Assembly: GCA_973895155.1 (NCBI GenBank)
Contig: OZ316892.1
Location: forward strand, 3,351,223 to 3,415,222
Origin: Marsupella aquatica
Lineage: Eukaryota > Plantae > Marchantiophyta
DNA length: 64,000 nt
Direction of reading: 5' to 3'
Of the stretch, positions 50,952 to 64,000 are shown piece by piece. The position numbers and the translations under genes are program-made. Below the pieces are notes generated by a model. That model was not told the origin of the DNA and did no database searches. It worked only from the letters and a program-made list of their open reading frames with translations. How positions within the stretch are numbered: the stretch's first letter is position 1; each line of letters begins with the position of its first letter.

Positions 50952-51232
50952 GGAGAGCTTCGATTCTGCTACTCTCAGCTCTATTGCAACACGGTGCAAT
51001 TCCTCAATGAGGAGGAGCTCGATTGCTCGCTCGGCAAATTCTTTCGGAGAAGAGCTTCGATTCTTCTATTTCCTGCCTCCCCTCAGCTCTGTTCCAACGC
51101 CATGAAACTGCAAAACGAGAAGGCAGTCACTCGATGGCTCTCTTGGAGATTCGTTCGGGAGAGAGCTTCGATTCTTCTACTGTTCGTTCCATCAGCTCGG
51201 ATTGCAACGTCATGAAATTCCCACACGAGGAT
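50952..51232. repeat. Three degenerate ~100-bp tandem units just upstream of the thioredoxin-like start codon
   Basis: AGAGCTTCGATTCT.CTA...TCAGCTC..TT.CAAC...TG.AA at about 50954, 51051 and 51162. Confidence 0.75.
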
Positions 51233-53549
51233 CGCTTCGCGACGTTGTTTCTCTCCGAGACATCTTCAGGTTCTCTGTATCTTCCCTGTGGCCACTGTAT
51301 TTACCTGAGGATCCGGTCAGGAGTTTCCTCTACGTGTCATGCAGCAAGTCGTCCAAACTGACACTGAGGTTAACCATGGTTAATCTGTACATCACAAGGA
51401 CCCACGGGTTCCAGCCATTCCACCTTCCTTTAAATATTTCCTTTTAATTCTTTTACTCAGCTTTCCTCCCAGTTTGGTTAGGGTATAACAGGTTAACTCT
51501 AGGCTGGGGTGTAGTACTAGGGGATTAGTCCCATTCAGCATGTGGTGAGAGTGTTATAATAGGGCAAACCAGGCTATAAGTGAATTATAACCAAGCACAT
51601 AAAATGTTTTTATGACCAAAATAGTGCTTTTATGACCAGAAACGGAAACCATGTGGGATCTGTTAAGGTGACCCATAAAGATCAGGTGCCCAACAGTGTG
51701 ATATCGGTAGGGTCAATTTGTCACTTTATGCGACTAACTAGATTATAGCCATAAGAACATGATTATGGCAATGCTTTGATACACCTTCACACTCAGTGGC
51801 AGCTTTCTTTATTAGACTCATGCGTATGTGAAAGACATTTGGGACTGACTTCATGTATGACTTTGTAGGTTAGGACAGGTAGATTTGGCATATATTTGCA
51901 GCCTCACCAGATCACCTACTATTCAAATGCAACAACCTACTTTTAGGGCTGAACAACTAAGTGCCAAAGGCACCCAAGACTGCAGCTCCAATTTCATGTA
52001 GACCTGCCTCCCATGCCAGAATCCCCTAATAGTCTGTGACTAGGGTTAGCTTGCCGAGTGATTCAAGGTTTTCTAACTATGAATATAAGAGCCTGCGGCT
52101 CTGTTTTTATGGGATCTTGGGTGCTAGCCAGGGGGGTTGAGGGCATTCACAGGGGAAATGGACAAGTTTATGTGTTTTGAGCGCAATAGCCAAAATATTT
52201 AATAGCTGCAACATTTTTGTCCAGACTGTGGGGGGAGGGGGTGTTGGGAACTTTGGGGGAGCACACACCTGAAAATTGCCTCATAGATATAGCTCAAGTC
52301 AGGAAGGGGAACGAAAGCCAATGCAAAGGTTGGGCATGATTTTAAGCTAGTGTCCACAACAGGTCATTGCATTCCAAGTATATAGCCCTATTTTTCATCA
52401 TGTTAGCCCTAAAGGCTAGGAGATGGTGCCCAAGATGACAGGAAGCGTACCTTGCCAAGACCCTGATTCAAAGCATAACAAAGACGTCTAGCAAACTTAA
52501 ATAAGGTTACTCCCATCTAGAATTTTCAGGAGGTAAACCAGGAAAGTTATTGGCTGCAGGTCGATGTGGGTGGTTCTTTTGCAGGACCCAACAGCAGTCA
52601 GCTGTCAGAAGGTTTTGGATGTAAGGTGTCCAACCTCTTTCCCCTCTATGGGATCTTTCTACCTCTAGGTTGTGGTAGTCTGATTCATATGTTAAGTACC
52701 CTCCCAAGCTTCACCTGAACCCAAGAAAAAGGACGATTCTCCATATATTGCTTTCAGGTGTGATTAATCATTGGTTAGTCCACCAGTACTCTTGCTCTTC
52801 TTGCATTATTGCAACTTAACATTCATAGCATACGATGACTGATAGAAACAAGCACTCGTTTGAACTTCATCCTATAGTGCTCCTTGACGCAACACACAAG
52901 AGATATATTTGGACCCCTAAAATGAAACTCTTTACTTGATAGACCCCATGAGACCCTATGACCTTTTGGGTAGATTGATTTGAGGTAAATTGATTTGAGA
53001 TCTATCACCCATCTGGATCATTCATGGGTCCAACAAGAAACACTTTTCCATCAAGAAACACTTTGCATTTTGGGGGTGTATCAATCATCTTTGCATTTCG
53101 GGGGTGTATCAATCATCTCTCTCAGCAACACACACTTCGTGATTTAACCAGAAAGTGAAGTATTGTGGGAATAGTATTGTGGGAATAGGCTAACACCACA
53201 GTTTTAAACCATGAGACGTGTAAACTAATCTATTTATCCACAATCCAATACCATACAACCACCCCCAAAAACTTAAAAATTAAAAATTAAAAAAACTACA
53301 ACATGGGGCTGCAAAACCTCGACCATTGCAAAGCATACAATTTGTTTTAGGGAACTCGCGTACAACCCTATCACCTTACTTCACGTAGCAGTTGAAGTGT
53401 TCACTAGAATTGGACCTCACTAAAGTGCAAATGTCCGAAAGTAAAAGTTTCACACTGCAAAAATGGATCAACCTCATAAGGATCAGATACAATCCAGAGG
53501 ATTAATCTATGACCTCAAAGAATTGAAAAAGATGGCCTCTCAATCAACT

Positions 53550-56500
53550 TCATGGCGAGATGACCTTGTACAATTTTGTTTGAGATCTGTCCCAGTCATT
53601 CATGTCCGGCAAAATTCGTAATGGCACAAACGTCTCTGTGACATCAATCACCTCAAGACCAGCATCCTCGGCCAATTTAAAGAATAAATGCAGAGTGGTT
53701 AGGTTTCTGAGCTCTGAGGATATGTATGCAACAGGAGCAAGAACTCCATCATCCTTTGATGTTTTATTTCTGCCTTCTTCGAAATCTCTCACATCAATCA
53801 AACCTTGTCTGATAGGAAGCTTCCTCGGGAGCATGATAGCCAACACACGGACAAGGTGTGGAACAATAGTGGGATCATAGATAAGATCTGCACCCAGACT
53901 GCAACAAATTCCAAGAGTTACCTCAGGATAACTTCCAATTTCAGAAGACAAACATCTGAAATAGCGCAAAGCCTACCACAATAGAGGAATAGTTATAAAA
54001 AGTGGGGAAACTTATCGTACATTACTTCTGCGTTGAGCGACAATAACTCTTCTTCAGAGGTTGACTCCCACAACAGCCTTTGACAATCAACCTGTGGACA
54101 GAGAGATTCAATGATATTCTGCGGAAAACAAGGTTCTACTACACCTGAGCTAGCCCACATACAAAGACAGACCGCAAAGCACTGTGCAAACCATGCACTG
54201 GGCAACAAGCCATGCTTGCTGTTCATCCACGTTCTGCTAGACCTAATTATCATTGTATTTTGCTGTGTTAAGGGTCAAAGAGTGACTGACCACCGTTTCG
54301 CCACAAAGTATTGGTTTGCTTGTAATTGGGATTCCATTAATTTCCAAGTTATGCCGCAAGTTTGCAAGCGTTGATAGATCCCCATCAGTCAAAACAGCCT
54401 GCAAAACGTCCCACAAGCTGCGCTTCAAAGACCAAGTCCCTCTTAAGGACTTCCATCAATTCCACTGTGACCATCTAAACGTCGGCAACTCACTGTAGAA
54501 CAATTAGAGCAAAATCTAGTGATGCAGAATCGCAGAAAATTCACAAATGACCACTGGATCCCTACCTTAGAAGGAGCCAACATGCTTATCCAAATCCCAC
54601 AAATCCCTGTGCCTGACCCCAACTGCAGTCAATTGGCCGTCATACACGCTCAGTTCACGGCAATAAGGAGAGGGACATCATGCAACTAACCAAATGTCAA
54701 AATGTAAGAGCACCGCACCACTAAAGAAAAATAAATTCTTTCAGGACAAATATAGTAGCAGAGAACCATGACAAATCATGTGCATCATATGAGACGGATG
54801 GATGCGAATAATTTTGCTCCTCACGTCATAATTTATCCAAACAACACAAAATAAGCATCGAGGGTTTTATAGACCACAAAAGTTGGAGATGAACAAACTT
54901 GAAGCCACCCAAGCAGGTCAGAGTAGAAACCTCAACGCACGAACTTCGATAGACTAATTGTGGATGAGAAAGCAGGACTTGTGCAAGGAACAGTCCAGCG
55001 GGCCAGATCTTGTACCTGGAGACGCACCGAAGTTAATTAAAGACAAAAGCCTACCAGGCAAAATCTAGACTCCAAAGAGGAACAGATGTCATTTAGTGCT
55101 TGCAAAGGCAAACAGCAAACACCAGCCACATACCCAGTGCCTCCTTCCAGCATGTTAAGAGACGTTCTTAGTGTCAGCAACTTCGTCCCAATCAGGTCTG
55201 ATGCCATTTCTTTACCTAAAGTTTGCGCCAGGTTTGATCTCGCACTTTCTGGGATTACGAAGCTCAGTGTCGTATAACACCGCTCTGCCAATGGCTGCAA
55301 CTGCGGTCTTAGTGAAAGCATTACAATGAAAACAGAGAGAACATGAACATTCAAAGATTACCATCAAACACTAGCTGAGCTGCCTCCTCTCTTTCGGTCA
55401 TGAAAAACAACACAGTAGGACAGAAAACCTAGTTTCGAGATTCTTTAAATGTCCCAGGGTATTTGCCGTGACAGACAATATATCTTACCGAACCCTGGTC
55501 CGAATCCAAGAAAACGGAATAGAGGTCATAGAGGTCCTCCATCACTTCTTGCCCCTCACTTTCAGCAGCCAGGATGATCGCTTTCACAACACGTTTAACA
55601 TATGATTGGCTTGACGGATATCGTAAATGAACCTATATCAATCAGTACTTGTAGCGTTAGAAACTACATCGGGCAGCAGAGGCAGATTCATGCGTCGATT
55701 CATGTTAGTCTTTTCATGCGATGACATTACACATGTAAGGATGCTGCAGTATGGAGTGCATCACCATCTCAATGTCCATCTTTCCGTACCTCGTTATTGA
55801 AGCATTTGTCGAGGAAGAAACTTTGAGAAAACGCTGTAATGAAGCCCCCTCCTACTTCCCTGCAGCATCATGAATGGTTACTCTCAGACTCTTAGAAGCC
55901 TTTTACATTAGTGACCATTAATCTTCAAATTTATTCCGTCCCCGAAAGATCCACATGGTACCCTAATTTTACTCATCCATTGCCTTCGCTTCCCCTACGT
56001 TTGTCCCCCAATTCTACATAACCTTACGAAATAACATCTCGTTTCTCAGCTGCCTCAGAGAAGCAAACCCCTGAAGCAAACCATATCAAACATTGGACTA
56101 AAACTGGAAGATCGCTGACGTAAGCTGCTGGACCCACAAATGCAGCAACCGTATGTGCAGGTCAAAATCTAGCATAGGTGTTTGGCGTTATTCCCTTCAT
56201 AACGAACATCAAGCGCGCCTGCAGACTCCCTTCGCTGATCTTCTAGCATGTGAAATGAAATTCATCCCTCCACACTGAGAAGAGATCAGCCAATTCCATG
56301 GCCGACATGTGATGCATTGCATTTTCTCTTCAAATGCGCAAACTCGAAACCTGACCTCGACCACACTACTCAATTTACTTACTTAGCGACACGAGCAAGA
56401 AACACCTGCTAAATAATGTACGTTTCAGAAACGCTGAACGAGCTCTTGAACAGAACTTCAGTGATGGCAGCTACAGACACAAACCTTGCAAAAGCGACCA

Positions 56501-56573
56501 CCATTGCGGGCGGTTGCATGGAGAGAAATGCGGCCGTCATAAGGTCTGGAGCAGTCCCTCCCATTGCCTCCAT
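53550..56573 (-). CDS. FAM86/EEF2KMT-like protein-lysine N-methyltransferase, ~8 exons
   Basis: Spliced pieces: AAFLSMQP (56573-56485); 55859-55790; YPSSQSYVKRVVKAII..E.MEDLY (~55631-55489); SLNMLEGGTG|YKIWPAGLFL; VE|LGSGTG (motif I); VLTDGD; LLW; LGADLIYDP (motif II); stop at 53550. Confidence 0.88.
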
Positions 56574-58921
56574 ATGCAGCGATCTAGCGCTGCTTGCTCT
56601 TTCTCCTCACTTCACAGTAGGTGGAGCTACAGGAGCACTCGTACAATCTCAACTCAGCGATGCCTCTCTCTGAAGTAGGACAATGAAAATATTTGCCTGA
56701 CGATGACCTTCCTGGAATTCGTCCAGCCGTAGGTGGTTGTCATTCCACTAATGACTAGGAGAGATCCAAGGTTTTCCTACAATGTGTTCTTCGCTCACAC
56801 AGCAACGTCAATTGCTCGACTGCATTCTATCAGTCAACGACAGAATATTAGTTGTCTCCACAAAGACTGAGAAGTGAACACGGTTTTACGAAGGCCACAG
56901 AACCACAATAGGAGATTAAACGAAATGCCTAGAGATACACCCATGCTCCGTCAAGAAGGTCCACACAATGACAGGAAAACGTGAGTCCTACCCAACTTCA
57001 AACATTTAACTGTTCTCATGACTTGATCTTATTAGAAAATGCCAGAGACAACGGAGCAACTGTTCAGCACATGACGCAAAATCAAGTCTCAAAGAGCCGA
57101 CAGAGCCTCTCGGTCTCAATCATCAGGCATGCCGACTGTTGCTATTCTTGAGCATTGAAGAAGATTTTCATCGAAACTAGTAAACCGAAATTCAGGGATC
57201 AAAGAGTAGGCGTACTTCTATGTATTGTCTGGTGCCACTCCGGGATGGCAGACAGGCTAGGCTGAAGGCAACTCAAACGTTTCATAAGGGCGGAGACACC
57301 GAACAAGGGTTCGTCCCTCTAAACGTCACCATAATAAAAGTGGACTTCACAATTTCACTCCCAGTTTTTCCGTAGCCCAGTGCTCTCGAGGAATCCAACT
57401 CTCGGTGAGCAAAAAGAGAAAAAGCAAACAGGAAAAAAGCAAAAAAGCCAAAAAGCGAAAAGGGGAGCAAGAAAAAGCACTCCTTATGGGCTTATTTGGC
57501 AGACAGAGCCAGGTGAGGAACTCACTTTCGAGGAGAAGGAAGAGCCCACACTCGGATCAGCACGTGCAATAAACGGCTGCAAACTTCTATCCCAAGCAGA
57601 CGGTAAGGTAAGAAAGGCTATGGAGCAAAGAACCAAAACAATTCAACTGCTTGCCATTCATCCGCGCAAAGTGGTGGCAGCAAGCGGGAAGGCGACAACA
57701 TAGAATCATCATCAGCAAACGGACTGACGTGTCGACAGAATCTTGAATTGACTGAGAACTAACCCAAAACGGCCAGCAGGATGAAGTCTGTGATACTTGG
57801 CACGCACTGAGCGGCCGTTCATTTCAGTCAGCAAAAATTCCGTCACTGTACTGCGGTGACAGAATCGGTATGCTCACCACAATCGACAGAATCTCGAGAC
57901 GTATGCAGGGATTGGCACCGTTGAGGTGAGATTGAGGCCGAATCTCATGAATGCCTGAGCTGGACGTGTCGCAATTCACTTCCATCGCCGGGCGAGAAGA
58001 GAGAGGATTCCTTTCCGTACTCTAGACAGCACTCCATCCCCGAAAGAGGACAATTCCTACATAGTTTTTTAATCTGCCAATAATTCAAGCAGAGGACGCC
58101 AGCTCAAGATTGACCTGGTGGGCGCAGCAATTTTCCAGAGCTTCCTGGAAACACGGGGCACATCGATCTGCCATTATTGAACCGCTCACTGATTTCTCAA
58201 TTCAGGGGCAACAGAATTACGCAACCAAATTACTGCCAGCAAAGAGCAGGGCGTCGATTCAATCCAAGCTTCGCGACGAAGAGTACGAGAAGCAACGGAG
58301 CTCGTGACACAGAGACCCGATCGAGCAAAGATGGTGGCGAAGATTGAAGAAATGAAACCCAGAGAAATTGGAACCACGAACCGATCGAATTGACAGAGCC
58401 CGTTCAGTAAAATAGAAGTGTGAAGCTCAGTGAGAGCATAAAGATGCTCAGTGAAGCACAGTGATCATTTTTGGGCAGACCTTTGAATCTTGGTCGGGAA
58501 TCGGGAAAGACACACATTTCCATGAGAAGGGACGGAGTCAGCGTCCTTTTTATTGGCGAATTTTCACCAAATTCTTACCTCAAAATATTGCTTACGTTAA
58601 GAAGCCCGGATTAGACAAACTTACACAAACCATGTTAGACATAGCCGTCCAGTGGACCACATTTTTGGTGGTTTGTGTGAGTTTTAGGCTTCTAGCTTTG
58701 ATGATTATGATTCTTAATATAAGTTTTAGTTGTCACCTGGAAGGCAACTGGGGAATGAGGAGATGTAAAAGAAACTCCAACTCTAGTATTTGATATTAAC
58801 ACAATGAAAATTAATCTAACAGAATTTACCCCGCCACATTTCATCTATAACTATAATAAGTGATTCCTTGTTTCTTGGTCCTTCTTTCTGATACAAAAAA
58901 GGTCCTGGACTAGAAAGATCT

Positions 58922-59225
58922 TTAGATTTGTTTGGATGTTTTCCTCACCATTGATGGAATAAATGGGCATCTCTTGGGCATATGTACTTCCCCACTCTGC
59001 CCCATAAATGCCCCAGCCTGACTCCCTATGGGCCAGCCCTCCTTGCGCCATGCAACGCACGGGCATAGGGAGATCGTTGAATTTATTTGGCTGTTTTTCC
59101 TGACCATTGATGGAGAAAATGGACACCTCTGGTGCATATGTGCTCCCCCACGCTACCCCATAAATACCCCGGGCCGACCCCCTATGGACCGGCCCTCCTT
59201 GCGCCGTATGATGCCCGGGCATAGG
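58922..59225. repeat. Two tandem ~155-bp units, same family as 310-455
   Basis: Direct alignment of the two units with each other and with 310-455. Confidence 0.85.
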
Positions 59226-59699
59226 GCTTGGGCTCGTGATGAATAACTCAACCATTAGACCAATAATTCATGTCACTGATGGAAGTGCAGCTTACCTACT
59301 CCTTGTGCATATTCTCAAAACCACAAAAAATATTTAAATTTGTTAGCATCAACTTATTATAATGAAACTCAAATTTTTGGGGAATGAGGTTCATGGGGTT
59401 TCAAAAGACCCCGCAAAAGACAAACCTTGTGCTTCGTCTGTATTTCCACCCCACGGCAATGGTCCATGGGAGCATCATTTTCCAACTTAATGCCCTTCGC
59501 CATTTCTCCCTTTGTATTTTTCAGTGCATTATGGAGCAAAAATGCCCCTCAAGATCTGGATGATCTCTTTTGAAAGGTTCTACTCAAGTCTGAAATAAAG
59601 TTAGAAAAAATTTGAAAATTGTCTTAGGCCCCGTTAAGGTTTGGTGTACTAAGGTCTAGTTTATAATGGGGCAACTACCCCAATGCCCATGTGTTGCAC

Positions 59700-59935
59700 A
59701 AAAGATGTCAAGGTGAGAAAAAGATGTTGAAGAGAGAAAGATGTAGAGGGGAGAGACTGAAGATGTCAAAGAGAGAAAAGTATGTTGAGGTGAGGAAAAG
59801 AAATTGAGGTGAGAAGATGTAGAGGAGAAAAAAGATGGTGAGATGAGAAAAATATGTAAAACTAAGAAAACGATGTTGAGGAGAGGAAAATGTTTCAAGA
59901 TTAGAAAAATATGTCAAGGCGAGAAAAAATATCAA
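59700..59935. repeat. Degenerate purine-rich ~19-bp minisatellite
   Basis: Recurring GATGT(T/C)GAGG(T/A)GAGAAAAA-like units. Confidence 0.7.
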
Positions 59936-61319
59936 GGGAAGAGGGAAGAAAAAATATTTTAGGCTTTGTAATGTTATCGTTGTTGAGACATGTTATGTGT
60001 GATCCCGACCATACAATTGTTGTGGGTCATGTTCAATACGTGTGCATCACACATTAGATGGTTTGTAAAAGATGCCCATGTCAAAAAGATGTGGTTGAAA
60101 AAGTGATGAGGGAGAGCATGAGATAGGTGATGGCAACAGAGGCACACATTCACGCAACTCTAGGTGGAGGGTGACATGCCCCCTCCCCCTCGTGGCCTCC
60201 TCCTCTTTCTTTTGGGCTGCCTCCCCCCTCTCTCATCAAAGTTGATCGGGCCAGAGCGGGTGAAATATGGTAGAGTCTTGGTTTATGTTTTGGCAAACTT
60301 GGGTGGGAGCAGGCAGTAGCATCAGGGACCGGGATGAGTAGTGTATGGGGCCCCAGGAAATAGGGGAGCATTAATGATTGTAGATTTAACGCGCAGTGAC
60401 CACTCCCTTCCACCGGTCCCTGCAATAGAGTCACACCTCACTAGAAATTGCTTACTAACTGCTAAAAATGGAAAATTGCCACATTGTTTTGCCAAAATTG
60501 GACTTATGAATCTGGAGGCACCATCCCACTGGCCCTGGCACTAAAGTTTCCCCTCTCCTCACCCTGATATTTTTAGGCTTGCCACTCCTTCTCAAATAGT
60601 TTGTGTGCAAGCTGCCACCAATAACTCACCAGGTTTGGGAACCATCCTTGCCAGTATTGCGCATCAAAAAGCAACAGCTAGCCCCAACATTTAGAATAAT
60701 TTAGTGATTTAAACAAAATATTTGAATGGTTTATCATGGTATGGAGTGACATACTACACCTAGTCTGGAGAGTCACATTTTGATGTGCAATTATAGGGAT
60801 CCTAGGCTCCGTCCTGGCCAATATTTGAATGCTTCCTGGTAGGATCGTATTCAAACTCATGGTAGTGATTTTTTGTGATATTTGAATGCCTCTTGGTTTG
60901 TTACTGTCTGCAGGCTCTTCTGACTGCAAGTGACGCCTTTTATCCACCAATTTTATTGTTTACAGACCCCCGGCCATGAGGGGTCCCTTGTAAATTCCCT
61001 AGCACAAGGATGCACCACATCAGCAAGGATGGTGACAAACACGACGGAACAGGTTTTCTGGAAAACAAAAAGGCCCTTGTCAAGTTTGTGTTCATATTTG
61101 TGTAAAAAAAACCAGAATACAAAAGAGGAGATGTCATTTAGTAAAATAAAATTACCATTATGATGTTTGTCAATGCTATATCAGTGTTTTACATCAAAAT
61201 GCTTATATGTTTTTTAATTGTTTGCAAGTTTGAAAAAACCAATCGATAGAAATGTACGTAATTAGAACCCCTTTGGCTCCACATTGTAAAACTAAATAAT
61301 CAAAATTTCCTTAGTACTT

Positions 61320-61770
61320 GTTAAAAATATGTCAATGTTAGATTCATTGGAAAGCTCAAGATCAAGATTTAGAAACTCATGAAGTTGTTAGTATTGTCGA
61401 GAGTATTGTCTTGATAAAATCTCTCAATGTCACACTCATTGGAAAGCTAGAACAAAATTAGAAACTCATCATCTCTTTAGAACTTGACAAAATCTATCAA
61501 TGTTAGGTTCATTGGAAAGCTAGAGAAATTTCGATGCTCATGATCTCTCTAATACTTGACAAATACTCCCAATGTCACACATTAGAAACCCTCGGTAGAA
61601 ACCTAGAGAGCTCTTCAATACCGTGACAAAATTTGGCATGAAATTTGTCAATGTTGGACCTAATGTTGGAAAGCTAAAAAAATTCATGAACTTATGATCA
61701 AAATTTCTTATTGTCACACTCAAATGTTGGAAAGACAAAGAAATTCAAAAAAGTCATTTGAGACTTGGCA
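61320..61770. repeat. Degenerate tandem array
   Basis: Recurring CAATGT...CATTGGAAAGCT...AGAAACTCATGA...CTTGACAAAAT; related units at 62420-62530. Confidence 0.65.
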
Positions 61771-62821
61771 CAATTTGTCTCGGGGTTCTCAATTCTTTTC
61801 TTTCGACCCATCATATGCGAATAAGTGTAGGATTTATTTATTGGGTTTAGTGAAATATTTTAAATTTTTGTTGAAGAACATTAGGGTTATTTTAATACTC
61901 TTCTTACATTACTTTTTTCCAAAAATCTCAAACTGCAAAGATTCAAAATCATTTTTTAATTTCAGCAGATGTTATAAATGCTCATTGAATTAGTTATTCT
62001 AAATCGACAATGTATCTATGTTATTTCAGATAGCGCTTCTTTCAATACATTATGGATAGTTCCCATAGCGGGAGAAATAAAAAAATCATTGTGATATACA
62101 AAAATGTTTATCATTTTCCATTGAAAGATCTATTGTTTTCAACATTCCCATTTCATCGATCAGCACCTGCTTTTCCTCAACTAGATACCAAATTATCCAT
62201 TTTTGAAAGAGAATAAAAGTTGCAATTCTGAGAATTATAAGAATCATAGGGTTTTTAAAAATTAAATTTGGGAATAGTCTTGGAATATTCCATTAAATTA
62301 GGGGAAAAAATCATTAAAAATAATGATTGACTTAAGTTTTAGGGTGTTTCTTCACCCAAAACTTCACGCGTGATATGGAACACCCCTTGGATTAAGGCCC
62401 CCAAGAAATTTGTCAGTCCGAGACTCATTGGAAACCTAGAAAATTGGTATTTTACTCATGATTTACTTGGTACTTGACAAAATGTACCAATGTGATGCTC
62501 ATTCAAAACCAACAGATATTCAGAAAATCATGATATCATTTTTTACTCATCTCTCAATGAACCTTTTGTGCTAAACACTTAGAGGCATTTCAGAAAATCA
62601 TACCAAACATTGAGAATGAGTGTAACATTAGCAGATTTTTCATTACCAATGAGATCACGGGCCCTCAGCCCATTTGGTTCTTATAAGTTTGAGAAATGGG
62701 TTGAGGGACATTAATTTGGACTCAAATTTCCAAGTTACTGACAATAAAATACTTGAAGGAATGAAAAAAAGAATCAGAAAATGACATTCCCGTAGTGGAA
62801 TGTTTGGGTTGGGTTCATAAT

Positions 62822-62822
<1 letters not shown>

Positions 62823-62858
<36 letters not shown>
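62823..62858. repeat. (AG)18 microsatellite
   Basis: Direct observation. Confidence 0.95.
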
Positions 62859-62860
<2 letters not shown>

Positions 62861-63054
62861 GCGGTGCAGAGCTCGATTGAGTAGAATACAATCAGAGCGT
62901 CGTGATCTGGTCAGTGGTCAATCTGGTGTCATTAGTGTATATATCGAGGCAGCCAGTGGAGAAAAGGAGATGAGATGGAGGTTACATAAAATATTCCTGA
63001 TGTAAGCTATGCACTGGAATCCAACTGAGTTGGTCCTGTTGCATGGATGGGTGG

Positions 63055-63242
63055 AATTTGTTGTGGAATCACTTTTCTGGGTTGTCCCATTAGTCAGAGA
63101 GCATAGGAAGTCAAAATGTTCAACAAGATTTCTTCTAAGTTGTGAACTAATTTGTTGTGGAATCACTTTTCTGGGTTGTCCCATTAGTCAGAGAGCATAG
63201 GAAGTCAAAATGTTCAACAAGATTTCTTCTAAGTTGTGAACT
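63055..63242. repeat. Perfect 94-bp tandem duplication
   Basis: 63055-63148 equals 63149-63242. Confidence 0.92.
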
Positions 63243-64000
63243 AATCAGTAGTACTCAAGGGTCCACCAACTATTTGTGTTGAATGTTAAATTATTATTAT
63301 TACTAAACAATCCAGAATATTGTGTGTCATGATTCCTTCAAAATATATTTGCATCTTCCTAAAAAGTGGGAAATAGTCAAAAGGCGAATTTCTGATTCAC
63401 TACGATTGCACATGGATGTTAACAAAGAAAAAGCCGGGAATTGGGAAACTAATGCACCTACTTCATGCCTGCGCAGGCAATATCTTTATTGTCATTTTCC
63501 ACACAATCACTCATCCCAGGTTACTTTAAACTAACCTGAACTGTCCGTTGAGTGCCACTTCCCGTAACCATTGAGCTCGATATACAACAAGACAAGGTTG
63601 GGTTGGGTTATTGATTGTTTTATATTGTAAACTACGTGCATAAGTGGCACAACGCCACCTGGTTTTTGACCTAGTTGGCTTTCGTGAGCCTGGATAGAGG
63701 GTAAGAGTGCGGAAGGGGGGCACGAGCTGGGACAGAGAAGCAGATATAGACCTATAAGCAATGCCGGGAAGCCACAAGGCAGGCCTCTAGTGCCGCCACA
63801 ATACAAAGGATTCCAGCTAGTGACGTTTGGGAAAGTACCTATACCCCGCCTTCATATACAAGAAATTACTCTTCCTCTGGCAGCCGTTAAACACCCCAAA
63901 TACATGCGATACTCAGCACCTGGACGACAATAGGTTATTTTTCCAACATGTCGTCAAGATTTGCAGTGAGGACAGTGCAGATGTTCGCTTTAGTGAAGAC

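Noticed and set aside
52300-53050. Possible decayed reverse-transcriptase fragment
   Set aside because: No diagnostic motif recovered in any frame
56640-58450. Genic-looking region with a lysine-rich ORF (57380-57703)
   Set aside because: The ORF is driven by A-rich low complexity; no consistent spliced CDS; may be the long 5' leader of the methyltransferase gene
63500-64000. Possible minus-strand exons at the window end
   Set aside because: Candidate splice sites exist, but the frames contain stops and no protein family is recognisable

Overview
Land-plant nuclear genomic DNA: GT-AG spliced genes plus plant-type copia, PIF/Harbinger and SINE elements. A non-flowering, bryophyte-like host is my guess only. 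Genes: an intronless, GC-rich Zn-dependent nucleoside/nucleobase deaminase of bacterial/fungal type (best horizontal-transfer candidate); three apparently intact 8-exon BAT1-like APC amino-acid permeases plus two pseudogene fragments of a different permease paralog, arranged as a tandem duplication plus an inverted copy on the far side of RuvB-like 2; a secreted DsbA/thioredoxin-fold protein; and a FAM86/EEF2KMT-like lysine methyltransferase. Mobile DNA: a young Ty1/copia element (421-bp LTRs with one difference, GTTTG TSD, disabled gag-pol) inserted in the terminal repeat of a small hAT-like MITE; a complete but disabled PIF/Harbinger (TAA TSD); an older Harbinger remnant; a related solo LTR; a tRNA-like SINE family (one copy with a 17-bp TSD); MITEs and tandem repeats. 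I found no convincing wholly new multi-gene system. The best leads are the deaminase HGT candidate, diversification and gene conversion in the permease cluster, the in-frame stop at the copia gag/pol junction, the multimerised U3 motif and the SINE. All alignments and counts were made by eye.
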